This document shows positions 46,306-55,643 of a DNA stretch of 64,000 bases, in pieces. Position numbers and translations under genes: made by a program. The stretch is from a virus (taxonomy: Duplodnaviria > Caudoviricetes). Position 1 is the stretch's first letter; every line of letters begins with the position of its first letter. The stretch lies in the IMG/VR virus record IMGVR_UViG_3300020069_000003, positions 13,481 to 77,480 of that record; one strand, written 5' to 3'. Below the pieces are notes generated by a model, which saw only the letters and a program-made list of their open reading frames with translations, did not search any database and was not told where the DNA came from.

Positions 46306-48713
46306 TTGAACCATCCGGCACCCTCGTCGGCGACGTCCTGCTGCCGGAGCTGCCGCCCGGTACCTGGGTCGCCTACGACACCGAGACCAACGGGCTGCAC
46401 CCGGACGGCGACCCCGGCACCGACAGCGGCGACCCCGGCTCGCCCCCCGCGCGCGTGGCAACCGCCAGCATCGCGTACCGGGATCCGGGGGACCCCGGTC
46501 GGATATTGAAGTACGCCTGGGGGTTCGACCAGGGCCCGCACCCCAGCAAGGACGGGCGGATACGGCGCCCCCGGGAGGGGGGTGGTGTAGAGCCGCTGGA
46601 CGTCGAGAAGCTGCTGGCGAACCTCGCCAAAGCCGGATACAACAACGGCTGGCGGGACCAGATCGGCAAGAACGGCAAGCCGCTGAAGACCCGGCTGGCG
46701 GTGCCGTGGACGGTTGAGCAGTCGTACGAGGCGGTCGGGCTGGACTCGTGGCTGCGGCTGCTGGCGTGGCTGCAGCGCCGCGACCAGCTGGTGATGCACC
46801 ACCGAAAGTTCGACGAGTGGATGACCTGGGTCGGCCCCCGCAACTGGCGCATCCGCCACGAGTGGGTGCACAACCCGGCGCTGCGCCAGACCGTCCAGCA
46901 GCTGGGGGTGTACGACCCGGAGCTGATCGATCAGCTGATGGCGGATGACCCCGATCGGGACGTAGGAGGGTGGTTCGGTGCCGATCTGGATCTGACGGCC
47001 GACGGTCACGAACGACCCGTGCGGGGTATCTGGGACACCATGCTGGTGCAGGCGTTCTTCGACCCGGACCAGTCGGTCGCGCTGAAGAAGTCCGCCAAGC
47101 GGCTGTTCGGGGTGGACGCCGACGCCGACCAGAAGGCATTGCTGGCGGCGATGGGCAAGCAGGGTACCGGACTCACCAAGCGGTACGACCTGACCCCGTG
47201 GAAGATCATGGGGCCGTACGCCGCCACCGACCCCGAGCTTACCCTGCTGCTGGCGGAGAATCAGCTGCGCCGGATCTCCGAGGGCGACCACCCCGGGGAC
47301 TCCCGGTTCCCGCAGCACCCGCACCTGCGCAACCCCAACCTGGTGTGGGACCAGATCGACAAGGAGTTCGAGCTGTCCCGGGTCCTGCTGAAGATGGAGA
47401 AGCGGGGGGTGGGATACGACGTCCAGACGTCCAAGCTGGGGGCCCGGCGTCTGCAGGCCGAGATGGAGCGGGTGCGCCAGACCATCCCGTACGACCCGAC
47501 CAAGCTGGACGAGATCCGCAGGTTCTATTTCGCACCGAAGTCCGAGGGCGGGCTCGGGGTCATGCCGCTGAAGCTGTCGGAGAAGACCAACGTGCCCTCG
47601 GTCGACGAGGCCCAGATGCGGCTGCTGATGCAGTCGGGGCACCCGGGCGCGGCCGAGTACGACCAGTGGTCGCACTGCAAGTCCGCCCTGGGCAAGTGGT
47701 ACCGGGGATGGGCCGACCGCACTGGTACGGACGGGCGTCTGCGCACCAGCTTCAAGCAGTGCGTGATGGCGGAGGAGCGGGCCGGTGCGAAACCCGGCGG
47801 CACGATCTCCGGCCGCCTGGCCGTCGGCCGGGTCCAGCTGCAGGCGATACCGCACAACGGCCAGCTGCCGGAGGTGGTCCGGGACATCCCGGTGCGCGAC
47901 CTCATCCACGCCCGGCCGGGCCACGCCCTGTGGGAGATGGACCTGCCGCAGGGCGAGGTCCGGATAGCCACGGTGGTGGTGAACTGCCGGGCGATGTGGG
48001 ACGTGATCGACTCGGGCGAGGATCTGCACGGGGCCAACGCCAAGCGTATCTTCGGCGTCACCGAGGACGACCCCCGGTTCAAGGACCTGCGGGGCGTGGC
48101 CAAGCGCATCGTGTTCGGCACGCTGTACGGCGCGGGGGTCCGGACCCTGCGCAAGCAGATACTGGAGTTCACCGGGATCGACTACTCGGAGGACGAGACC
48201 CGGGAGGCGAAGCAGGCTTTCGAGCACACCTACCCGGAGTTCCCCCGAGTCGCCCGCCAGATCCAGCGCAAGGCCGACCGCACGCTGGGCGGCGCGGGGT
48301 ACGTGAACCTGGTCGACGGGCGCAAGCGCTGGTTCGGTCCGGACGAGTTCGGCCACAAGGCCTTCAACGCGGTGATCCAGGGCGGCCTGGCCCAGTCGGG
48401 CAAGACCTGGATGATCCAGGTCGAGCGCCAGCTGCCGGGCATCCAGGTGCTGGCGATCCACGACTCGATCGTGGTGGAGGTTCCGGACAACGAGGCTGGG
48501 GCGGCGCAGGCCGCGCAGGTCGCCGCGATCGGCAAGCAGGTGTACGAGCGCGACTACGGCACCCGGGGACGCACGATGTACTTCGACATCGTCCCCGAGC
48601 GCTGGGACGAGAAGGAGCCCCCGGCGCCGACAGGCCTGGCGGACAAGGTTCGCGCCCAGCTGGCCGAGCACCGTGCCAACTCGGTAGAGGGCTTTAGGCA
48701 GCTGACCTCATGA
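46302..48713 (+). CDS. polA: DNA polymerase I (family A) with a 3'-5' exonuclease domain; candidate DpoZ
   Basis: YDTETNG, YAATD, TISGRL, LQAIP, MDLPQGEVR, RGVAKRIVFGTLYG and IHDSI. Confidence 0.95.
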   Translation: MIEPSGTLVGDVLLPELPPGTWVAYDTETNGLHPDGDPGTDSGDPGSPPARVATASIAYRDPGDPGRILKYAWGFDQGPHPSKDGRIRRPREGGGVEPLDVEKLLANLAKAGYNNGWRDQIGKNGKPLKTRLAVPWTVEQSYEAVGLDSWLRLLAWLQRRDQLVMHHRKFDEWMTWVGPRNWRIRHEWVHNPALRQTVQQLGVYDPELIDQLMADDPDRDVGGWFGADLDLTADGHERPVRGIWDTMLVQAFFDPDQSVALKKSAKRLFGVDADADQKALLAAMGKQGTGLTKRYDLTPWKIMGPYAATDPELTLLLAENQLRRISEGDHPGDSRFPQHPHLRNPNLVWDQIDKEFELSRVLLKMEKRGVGYDVQTSKLGARRLQAEMERVRQTIPYDPTKLDEIRRFYFAPKSEGGLGVMPLKLSEKTNVPSVDEAQMRLLMQSGHPGAAEYDQWSHCKSALGKWYRGWADRTGTDGRLRTSFKQCVMAEERAGAKPGGTISGRLAVGRVQLQAIPHNGQLPEVVRDIPVRDLIHARPGHALWEMDLPQGEVRIATVVVNCRAMWDVIDSGEDLHGANAKRIFGVTEDDPRFKDLRGVAKRIVFGTLYGAGVRTLRKQILEFTGIDYSEDETREAKQAFEHTYPEFPRVARQIQRKADRTLGGAGYVNLVDGRKRWFGPDEFGHKAFNAVIQGGLAQSGKTWMIQVERQLPGIQVLAIHDSIVVEVPDNEAGAAQAAQVAAIGKQVYERDYGTRGRTMYFDIVPERWDEKEPPAPTGLADKVRAQLAEHRANSVEGFRQLTS

Positions 48714-48985
48714 GCGCCAGGGAGCGGATGGTCGAGGTGGTTCGCCAGGCGCTGGCGCGGGAGGCCGTGTGTGAACAGACTGTGGAGTCGCTGACCGCCC
48801 ACGTGGCCGAGGCCGTGGTCGGCGCGCTGGTGGCGCACGGACCGGCTGTCGACGGCGGCAGCTACCGGGCCGGGTGGCTCATCGGTTACGGCCGGGTGCA
48901 CGACGTCACCGAAACCAGTATGGAGGACGGACTGTACCACGTCTGGACCCGGGACCTCGACCCGGACAGCCCGGACTACGACTAG
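48710..48985 (+). CDS. Hypothetical protein
   Basis: ATGA coupling. Confidence 0.5.
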   Translation: MSARERMVEVVRQALAREAVCEQTVESLTAHVAEAVVGALVAHGPAVDGGSYRAGWLIGYGRVHDVTETSMEDGLYHVWTRDLDPDSPDYD

Positions 48986-48999
48986 AGAGACGAGGGACA

Positions 49000-49314
49000 A
49001 TGAAACCGCTGATCAACGAGGAAGACCCGGGGTACTACAGCGCCCAGACCGAGGCGGTCGAGGCGGTGGGGGAGTCGATCCGACGGGACGGTGACCTCAG
49101 GTCCGACCACACCGTCTCCGCCTACGCCTGGGCGGCGATGGGGGCGCTGTGCGAGACCGACCCGGATCTGCCGGAGGGCGGCTGGCTGTTCGTCCGAGGC
49201 CGGGTGTACCGGGTGACCGAGGCCGAGCAGGTCGACGACGGCGAGAACCGGGACGGCGTCCTGTGGGCCGTCGAGACCCGACCGGAGCGGGACGAGGAGG
49301 AGGACGAGCAGTGA
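49000..49314 (+). CDS. Hypothetical protein
   Basis: GAGGG RBS; MKPLINEED. Confidence 0.5.
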   Translation: MKPLINEEDPGYYSAQTEAVEAVGESIRRDGDLRSDHTVSAYAWAAMGALCETDPDLPEGGWLFVRGRVYRVTEAEQVDDGENRDGVLWAVETRPERDEEEDEQ

Positions 49315-49541
49315 CCACCGTCAAGACCGTGATCGAGGTGTCGGACGGCGCCGAGATGCACGTCGGTGTGAACGCCGAGGGACGGATGTACGTCCGGATC
49401 GGCGGTGAGCACGAGCAGCAGGTCGAGATCGTGTGCTCCAGCTACGACACCATCCGGATGGCGTCCGAGATCATGGACCGGACCGCCGGATACGTCTCGG
49501 AGCTGGAGCGCCAGCTGGCCCGGTGGGTGAACACCGGGTGA
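49311..49541 (+). CDS. Hypothetical protein
   Basis: GTGA coupling; MTTVKTVIEV. Confidence 0.5.
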   Translation: MTTVKTVIEVSDGAEMHVGVNAEGRMYVRIGGEHEQQVEIVCSSYDTIRMASEIMDRTAGYVSELERQLARWVNTG

Positions 49542-49601
49542 CCCGGTTTACCTCGTCAGTCTGACTGTACACCGGTGGGGCGGGGGTGGTGTACTGGCGC
49601 G

Positions 49602-50111
49602 GTGCAGACCATCGATTGGGGTACCGACCTGTTCTGGGCGATCGACCCTGGTGAGACCAAATGCGGGGTGGCGATCTTCCAGCACGGCCGGTGTGTCCAG
49701 GCACTCGCCAGCACCCCCGACGAGTGCCTGGACAAGCTGTGGGAGCACCTCGGGTACGACCTTGCGGGTCCTACCCGGCCACGGGGGGTCGTGCTGGAGA
49801 CGTTCGCGCTGCGTGCCGACCTGGCTGCACAGCAGACAGGTAGCGAGATGGGTACCTCCCAGATGATCGGGGCGGTCCGGTGGATGTGCCGCCACCGGGA
49901 GGCACCGCTGGTGATGCAGACCCCCCGCCAGGCCCACAGCATCGACGAGAACCCCGGCACCGAGCCGTTCCGCAGCTGGCCGCTGCGCCGGTGGGCCAGC
50001 TACGGCCAGGGCAGGGACGCCAAGATGGCCGAGCGTCACGGGCTGTTCCGGGTGTCGACCTCGTGGGAGACCCGGGAGCAGCGAGAGGCGTGGCGTGTAT
50101 CAATGTCCTGA
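49602..50111 (+). CDS. RuvC-like Holliday junction resolvase
   Basis: WAIDPGETKCGVA, VVLETF and SQMIGAV. Confidence 0.8.
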   Translation: MQTIDWGTDLFWAIDPGETKCGVAIFQHGRCVQALASTPDECLDKLWEHLGYDLAGPTRPRGVVLETFALRADLAAQQTGSEMGTSQMIGAVRWMCRHREAPLVMQTPRQAHSIDENPGTEPFRSWPLRRWASYGQGRDAKMAERHGLFRVSTSWETREQREAWRVSMS

Positions 50112-50200
50112 TAGGACTTGACTACGGGGCAAGCTGTAGGGAAAAATACTGGTACAGCCGCCTGCACGTGCAGCGGCGCGGGCATGAGAGGCAGGTAGGT

Positions 50201-51403
50201 ATGGCCAGTAACCTGTACGTGGTGGTTGGCGGACAGTACGGGTCCGAGGGCAAGGGAGCCGTTGCCGGACGCATCTGCGCGGACATGCAGGTCCGGGGGC
50301 AGGAGGTGGTGAACGTCCGGGTCGGCGGACCCAACGCCGGGCACACGGTGATCGGGAGGTGTCCGGCCGACTGCGGCGACACCCACGAAGTGGGCAAGCA
50401 CCCGTGGCGGCTGCGCCAGGTGCCGGTGGCGGCGGTCACCGCAGCCGACAGCACGCTGGTGATCGCGGCCGGGTCGGAGGTCGACCCGTATGTGCTGGCC
50501 GACGAGATCGGACAGCTGAACGCGGCCGGATACGACGTGGACGCCCGGCTGATCGTCGACCGGTCGGCCACGGTGCTGACTGGCGCCCACGTCACGGCCG
50601 AGCAGGTCAACGGACTGAACGCCCGGATCGGGTCCACCGCCAAAGGAATCGGCGCCGCGCGCTCCGACCGTATCTGGCGCCAGGCGCAGACCTGGGACGA
50701 GTGGGCGTCGAAGGGTGCGACACCGGCGGGCATGCTGCTGTCGGACGCGAAGGTACTGCACCAGCTGACGCGGCGCGACACCTCCCGCTGGATGTCGGTC
50801 CTGCTGCACGACTCGGCACGGGCGTCGGTGGTGATCGAAGGCACCCAAGGCTACGGGCTGGGGCTGCACACCGGCAACTACCCCAAGGTCACCTCCGGGG
50901 ACTGCCGCGCGATCGACTTCCTGGCGCAGGCGGGTATCTCCCCGTGGCAGCAGGACTGCGGCGGCTGGCCGCTGAATCTGAAGGTGGTGGTTGCGATCCG
51001 GCCCCACCCGATCCGAGTCGCAGGCGACTCGGGGTGGCTGAAGGGAGAGACCACCTGGGCAGATTTGGGCCTCCCCGACGAGCACACCACCGTCACCCGG
51101 AAGGTGCGCAGGGTCGGCGCCTGGGACCCGGAGCTGGTCCAGCAGGCGGTCCGGGCGAACGGGGGCCCGAGGCAGGGGGTGGTGTGGATGGCGCTGACCA
51201 TGGCGGACAGCGTCGAGCCCCGGCTGGCCGGTATCGACCAGGCCGTGCGCAACTGGGCCGGGGCCAGAGACGGGACAGAAGGGGAGCTGACGTTCGACAC
51301 CGTCAGCAGGTACCTGTCGACCCTCGGCACCGGTGCCCAGCACCTCGGGTACGTCGGCACCGGACCCGACACCGCGATCGTCAACGAGAGGATGTACGAC
51401 TGA
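50201..51403 (+). CDS. purZ: PurZ0-type 2-amino-deoxyadenylosuccinate synthetase (PurA homolog)
   Basis: GQYGSEGKG (Ser in place of the PurA Asp13), GGPNAGHT, IGSTAKGIG, EGTQG..L, YPKVTSGDC, EHTTVTRKVRRV, TMAD and GTGP. Confidence 0.8.
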   Translation: MASNLYVVVGGQYGSEGKGAVAGRICADMQVRGQEVVNVRVGGPNAGHTVIGRCPADCGDTHEVGKHPWRLRQVPVAAVTAADSTLVIAAGSEVDPYVLADEIGQLNAAGYDVDARLIVDRSATVLTGAHVTAEQVNGLNARIGSTAKGIGAARSDRIWRQAQTWDEWASKGATPAGMLLSDAKVLHQLTRRDTSRWMSVLLHDSARASVVIEGTQGYGLGLHTGNYPKVTSGDCRAIDFLAQAGISPWQQDCGGWPLNLKVVVAIRPHPIRVAGDSGWLKGETTWADLGLPDEHTTVTRKVRRVGAWDPELVQQAVRANGGPRQGVVWMALTMADSVEPRLAGIDQAVRNWAGARDGTEGELTFDTVSRYLSTLGTGAQHLGYVGTGPDTAIVNERMYD

Positions 51404-51903
51404 TGGCACAGCAGTTGAGCCCGCAAGAGCGGGACGTGGTCCGCGAGCAGAACGAGGCGGAGCTGGTGGCCGACGCGGCCGACCCGCAGCTGACCCAGGT
51501 GTTCGAGGTGGTGGATCCGGCCATGCCCAACCTGGCCCACTCGCTGGCGCAGCTGGGGCCCCGCACCACCACCCACGGCACCGGCAACGTCGCCCCGCCC
51601 AGCTTCGGCGAGTGGGTCGGCAAGTGGGCGGCCGAGCACATCCCGCAGGCGGAGGCCAAGGCCGTGCAGTACGGCAGCAACTCGCTGGCGAAGAAGGGAC
51701 ACCGGTTCGCGGCGGCGGTGGGCCAGCGGGTCAACCAGGGCCAGGCGCTGGAGCTGGGCGTGGCCCAGTACACCGCCGAGAAGGCCGACCGGATCGAGGA
51801 CGCGATCCTGCGGGGCCAGCTGCCGACCGAGGACACCTGGGTCGACGTCGCGATCTACGCCCTCATGGCCCAGTACATCCGGCAGTATGGGCGCTGGGCC
51901 TGA
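51403..51903 (+). CDS. Putative all-alpha NTP pyrophosphohydrolase (DUF1599/MazG-like)
   Basis: KAVQYG...EKADRI...DTWVDVAIYA; coupled to purZ. Confidence 0.6.
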   Translation: MAQQLSPQERDVVREQNEAELVADAADPQLTQVFEVVDPAMPNLAHSLAQLGPRTTTHGTGNVAPPSFGEWVGKWAAEHIPQAEAKAVQYGSNSLAKKGHRFAAAVGQRVNQGQALELGVAQYTAEKADRIEDAILRGQLPTEDTWVDVAIYALMAQYIRQYGRWA

Positions 51904-51931
51904 CCTGCGGCGGTCGGCCCGTCGGGACCGG

Positions 51932-52252
51932 GTGAACGGCGTCACCGCCGCTCCCCCGGCCCGTCACCTGCGGATCGCACCGACAGCCCAGGACCAGCTG
52001 TCCGCGTCGCTGAACTGGATAGACGTAGCCGCGCGCGGACGCCTCGGCCGCGAGGTGATCGAGTCGGCGATGTCCCACCAGCGGGAGGTCGATTGCCCGC
52101 CGGGTATCTTGATCGCCGCTGCTGTCCAGTACCTGATCTCCGACTCGGACCGCGAGCCGGATTTCCTGAACCGGTTCTGGACGATAGCCAACCTGGTGTC
52201 GGCCCGGGAGCGGGCCCGATACCTCAACATGGAAGAGGATGCACTGTCTTGA
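51932..52252 (+). CDS. Hypothetical protein
   Basis: In frame with the track ORF; lies between two nucleotide-metabolism genes. Confidence 0.5.
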   Translation: MNGVTAAPPARHLRIAPTAQDQLSASLNWIDVAARGRLGREVIESAMSHQREVDCPPGILIAAAVQYLISDSDREPDFLNRFWTIANLVSARERARYLNMEEDALS

Positions 52253-52794
52253 GCAGCACCGAGGAAACGTCAGGCGCTTTCGGCGAGGCCCTGCGCAAGA
52301 TGGCCGACGTCGTGCGCGAGGCCATGAGCAACAAGCCGCTGGTGTTCGAGCCGGTCGTGCCGCAGGGGCGGGGGGTGGTGCAGACCCCGACCGGGCCGCA
52401 GCACCTGCTGCCCACCCGGGGATACGCCGACGACGCCGGACTGGATCTGTACGTCGTTCGGGACTGCGCCATCGGACCGCACGAGTTCGTGGACGTCGCG
52501 GCCGGGGTGAAGATCGACATCCCGGACAGGCTGTGGGGTCTGATCATCGGTCGTTCGTCGACCCTGCGCAAGAAAGGACTGCTGGTCAACCCCGGGGTCA
52601 TCGACGCCGGTTGGACCGGGGAGCTGTTCGCGGGCGTGCAGAACCTGACCGACAAGACGGTCGAGGTCAGCGCCGGTGACCGGCTGGCCCAGCTGATCCT
52701 GCTGCCCGCGCCGGTGGTCGGCTACGACCCCCAGTGGGGCAGAGTGCGCGACAAGTCGCGCGGCGAGCGCGGGTTCGGGTCGACCGGAAGCTGA
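52249..52794 (+). CDS. dut: Trimeric dUTPase-family protein
   Basis: AGLDL, GRSS, GVIDAGWTGEL, GDRLAQL and RGERGFGSTG. Confidence 0.92.
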   Translation: MSSTEETSGAFGEALRKMADVVREAMSNKPLVFEPVVPQGRGVVQTPTGPQHLLPTRGYADDAGLDLYVVRDCAIGPHEFVDVAAGVKIDIPDRLWGLIIGRSSTLRKKGLLVNPGVIDAGWTGELFAGVQNLTDKTVEVSAGDRLAQLILLPAPVVGYDPQWGRVRDKSRGERGFGSTGS

Positions 52795-53062
52795 CGGTTG
52801 ACGACGGGCCGGGGTGTGGACCCCGGCCCGTTCTGTATGGGAGGATGGTACACATGCTCGGACCTGGAGGCGGGTCGATACACGACCCGAGCGCGTCGCT
52901 GCCCGCGCCGATGTGGGACCGGGCGCAGCGCCAGTCGGAGATCCGCTGCCGCAGCTGCGCCAGCACAGGCAAGCAAAGGGTCGGCAAGTCGTTCCTGAGC
53001 ACGTCAGGCACGGTGTGGTGGATGTGCCAGCACTGCGACGGGGGCGTGTGGGCGACCCGAAC

Positions 53063-53091
53063 TTGACACCTGGTCAATGGGCTGCTTTACT
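53063..53091 (+). promoter_or_regulatory. Promoter with a TTGAC-N5-GTCAA operator
   Basis: TTGACA-N17-TTTACT. Confidence 0.7.
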
Positions 53092-53135
53092 TGTTTTAGA
53101 GACAAGATTTTCCAATAAGACACAAGGAGTCCGAG

Positions 53136-53774
53136 ATGAACGCCAAGCCCGAGACCTTGGGTACCAGCAAGACCCGTTGCGCGTGCCACGCCTACGAGAT
53201 CGAGTCGTGGATCGGGGAGGTGCCGGAGGACGGCGACCCCAACGACTACGTGCAGTACGAGGGCACCGGCTGCACCCAGTACACCGAGCGGATCTTCGCG
53301 CCGGGCCACGACGCCAAGCTCAAGTCGCTGCTGATCAAGGCCGGTGCCGCCGGTCTGGAGGTCGTGCTCCACGACGGCGGCGTGAACTCCCACGCCAGCG
53401 CCGAGCACTTCGCCAAGGGCCTGGGTTTCGAGCACCAGGTGCTGGCCGGGATCAAGCGGGCGCTGGCCAAGGCGATGGCGCGCGCCGAGAAGAAGGCCGC
53501 GAAGGTCGAGCAGAAGCTGATGTACAACGCGGAGCAGGCTGAGGCCAAGATCAAGAAGGCCCAGGCGGCTGCGAAGCAGTCGCGGGCGCCCCGCACCCAG
53601 CAGCAGCAGGTCGCCGAGAAGGCGCTGGAGACGCCCCCGTACACCATCAAGGTCGGGCGCTGGACCTACCAGGCCGTGATCGACCAGAAGGGAAACGCGA
53701 CCTACCAGACCAGCGGCGGCCAGACCAAGACCGTGAAGAAGAGCGGGTACAAGCTGGTCCCCGAGACCGCGTGA
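53136..53774 (+). CDS. Zinc-binding hypothetical protein (FAPGHDAKLKS family)
   Basis: CACH...CTQ...FAPGHDAKLKSLL. Confidence 0.75.
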   Translation: MNAKPETLGTSKTRCACHAYEIESWIGEVPEDGDPNDYVQYEGTGCTQYTERIFAPGHDAKLKSLLIKAGAAGLEVVLHDGGVNSHASAEHFAKGLGFEHQVLAGIKRALAKAMARAEKKAAKVEQKLMYNAEQAEAKIKKAQAAAKQSRAPRTQQQQVAEKALETPPYTIKVGRWTYQAVIDQKGNATYQTSGGQTKTVKKSGYKLVPETA

Positions 53775-53844
53775 GAACGCGGCGACGACACGGCCCCCGA
53801 CCCGACCCGGGCGGGGGTCGGTCCATGACCGGAGAGGAGATGTA

Positions 53845-54261
53845 GTGGACGTGGAAGACCGGGTGGCCGACGCGGTGGCAGCTTGGGCTCCGGACCTCGC
53901 CGCGCAGGCCGAGGTACTGGCGGCGCTGTTCGACGACGTGATCGACCGCACGCCGGACGGCCGGATGTCAGACAGGTGCGGTACGCCCTGGGGATACGAG
54001 CTGCACCGGTCCCGAGACGAGGAGGCTTGCACCAGGTGCAAGGCAGCCAACGCCGAGCGATCCCGCAAGGCACGGGTCCGGCGGGCGGCGAAGGCCTGCA
54101 AGGAACGGCCGGAGGGGCAGCAGAGACTGCCTTGCGGTTCCAACGCCGCCTACCACCAGCATCTGTACTACCGGGAGCTGCCGGTGGACCCGGCGTGCCT
54201 GGCCGCGCACGCAGATTTCGAGTCGATGTGGGCGGCAGCCCGCCGGGTAGCGGCCAAGTGA
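53845..54261 (+). CDS. Protein with two CG..Y..H...C zinc-binding repeats
   Basis: CGTPWGYELHR...CTRCK and CGSNAAYHQH...C. Confidence 0.65.
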   Translation: MDVEDRVADAVAAWAPDLAAQAEVLAALFDDVIDRTPDGRMSDRCGTPWGYELHRSRDEEACTRCKAANAERSRKARVRRAAKACKERPEGQQRLPCGSNAAYHQHLYYRELPVDPACLAAHADFESMWAAARRVAAK

Positions 54262-54273
54262 ACACGGCAACGC

Positions 54274-54298
54274 CCCCTGTTCAATCGCTGAACAGGGG
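54274..54298. terminator. Bidirectional hairpin
   Basis: CCCCTGTTCA-N5-TGAACAGGGG between convergent genes. Confidence 0.65.
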
Positions 54299-54340
54299 AC
54301 GGTGGTGTAGCCGGGCCGCGCGTCGCCGTGCGACGGGCGG

Positions 54341-54562
54341 TCAGTAGGTCCGGCCGGTGGTGTTCAACAGAGCGATACGGCGGCGGATCTTGCGCAGCGA
54401 GTGGCTCAACCCGACCTCGGCGTGCGGCGACCCGGACACCGACCCGACCAGTACCCCGCCGTAGGTGACTCGCCAGTGTCCGTTCCCGCCGGACTCGATC
54501 TCACACCCTTCCTTCTCCAATGTGTTCAACGTGCGTGCGACGGATGCTTTTGTAGATGCCAT
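54341..54562 (-). CDS. HicA-like small protein
   Basis: LEKEGCEIESGGNGHWRV...VSGSPH...RKIRR. Confidence 0.6.
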   Translation of the reverse strand: MASTKASVARTLNTLEKEGCEIESGGNGHWRVTYGGVLVGSVSGSPHAEVGLSHSLRKIRRRIALLNTTGRTY

Positions 54563-54634
54563 GCGCCCACGGTACTGCGCGTCTTGCCCGGGTGACAATA
54601 TCCGCCGTCCAGAACCGCGTGTTACGCTGGGTTC

Positions 54635-55066
54635 ATGAGCGAAGGCGGTACGCGGCCGACAGCCGCCAAGTCATACCAGACACCGGCCGATTCTGGTCTG
54701 AAGGCCGGGTCGACCTACAGCCCGCCCGGCCAGCCCGCCCCTCGAGAACCGGAGGCCACGCTGGGGGTGCGCCGGAACAGCCCCGAGACGGCCTCCGACA
54801 GCCACCGGACGGACCCTACGCCTGCGGTGGGGGATCGGGTGGTCCACAGAATCTCCGGGCAGACGGGAGAGGTCGTGGGACACGCCCAGCACGGCTACGG
54901 GCACGCCGCCCCCACGGTTCGCTGGGAGGGTGAGGAGACCAGCTGGCCGCAGGGAGTGGCGGCCAATTCGGTGCGGGTGGTGGGGTCGACCCCCGACGAT
55001 CTGTACCGGTACAACCAGGACGCGACCAGCAGCCGACCCTTGAACAGGAATACCGGTGCGACATGA
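54635..55066 (+). CDS. Protein with an SH3/KOW-like domain
   Basis: VGDRVVHRISGQTGEVV...VRWE. Confidence 0.65.
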   Translation: MSEGGTRPTAAKSYQTPADSGLKAGSTYSPPGQPAPREPEATLGVRRNSPETASDSHRTDPTPAVGDRVVHRISGQTGEVVGHAQHGYGHAAPTVRWEGEETSWPQGVAANSVRVVGSTPDDLYRYNQDATSSRPLNRNTGAT

Positions 55067-55335
55067 GCAACCCGGCATACGACGCGCGGGACGCGTCGCC
55101 CCAACTGCGCAGCTCGACCGATCCGCTGCCGCGCGACCTGTCCGGTACGGGTGAAACCCAGCGGCTGGCGGTCGGCGACCAGGTCCGGCACCGGATCTCG
55201 GGTCAGACGGGGGAGGTGGTGGACCTGCACGCCGACCCGTTCGTGAAGGACGTCACTCACGGTATCGTCAACTGGACCGGCGACGGAGACGGGTTCGGCC
55301 AGGGATACGCCAACACCAGTTTGATCAAGTTCTGA
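55063..55335 (+). CDS. Protein with an SH3/KOW-like domain (paralog)
   Basis: VGDQVRHRISGQTGEVV...VNW. Confidence 0.65.
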   Translation: MSNPAYDARDASPQLRSSTDPLPRDLSGTGETQRLAVGDQVRHRISGQTGEVVDLHADPFVKDVTHGIVNWTGDGDGFGQGYANTSLIKF

Positions 55336-55382
55336 CCGGCGCCGCTGCGCGACACGCGGCCCCCCACATACAGGAGCATGTC

Positions 55383-55643
55383 TTGAACAAGCCGATAATT
55401 GGACAGGCAGTGCACTACGTCAGCCACGGTACCCCGGTGCGCGAGGACGGCACCCAGGCGTACACCTCGCAGTGCCGGGCGGCGACGGTGACCGAGGTCG
55501 AGGCGGGCACCACGCCCCAGATGGTCGGACTGCATGTGGTCAACCCCACCGGGCAGTTCTTCCACTCGCTGGCTGACGGCGGCTGCGTGCAGGACGAGGC
55601 CGACCGTTTCGGCGGCACTTGGCACTGGGCGGATCACGCCTGA
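55383..55643 (+). CDS. Conserved small phage protein
   Basis: PIIGQAVHYV...CRAATVTEV...NPTGQFF...TWHW. Confidence 0.7.
   Translation: MNKPIIGQAVHYVSHGTPVREDGTQAYTSQCRAATVTEVEAGTTPQMVGLHVVNPTGQFFHSLADGGCVQDEADRFGGTWHWADHA

Noticed and set aside
50201-51403. Ordinary PurA auxiliary metabolic gene
   Set aside because: The catalytic Asp13 position is Ser and other motifs fit PurZ0. Not fully excluded without an assay.
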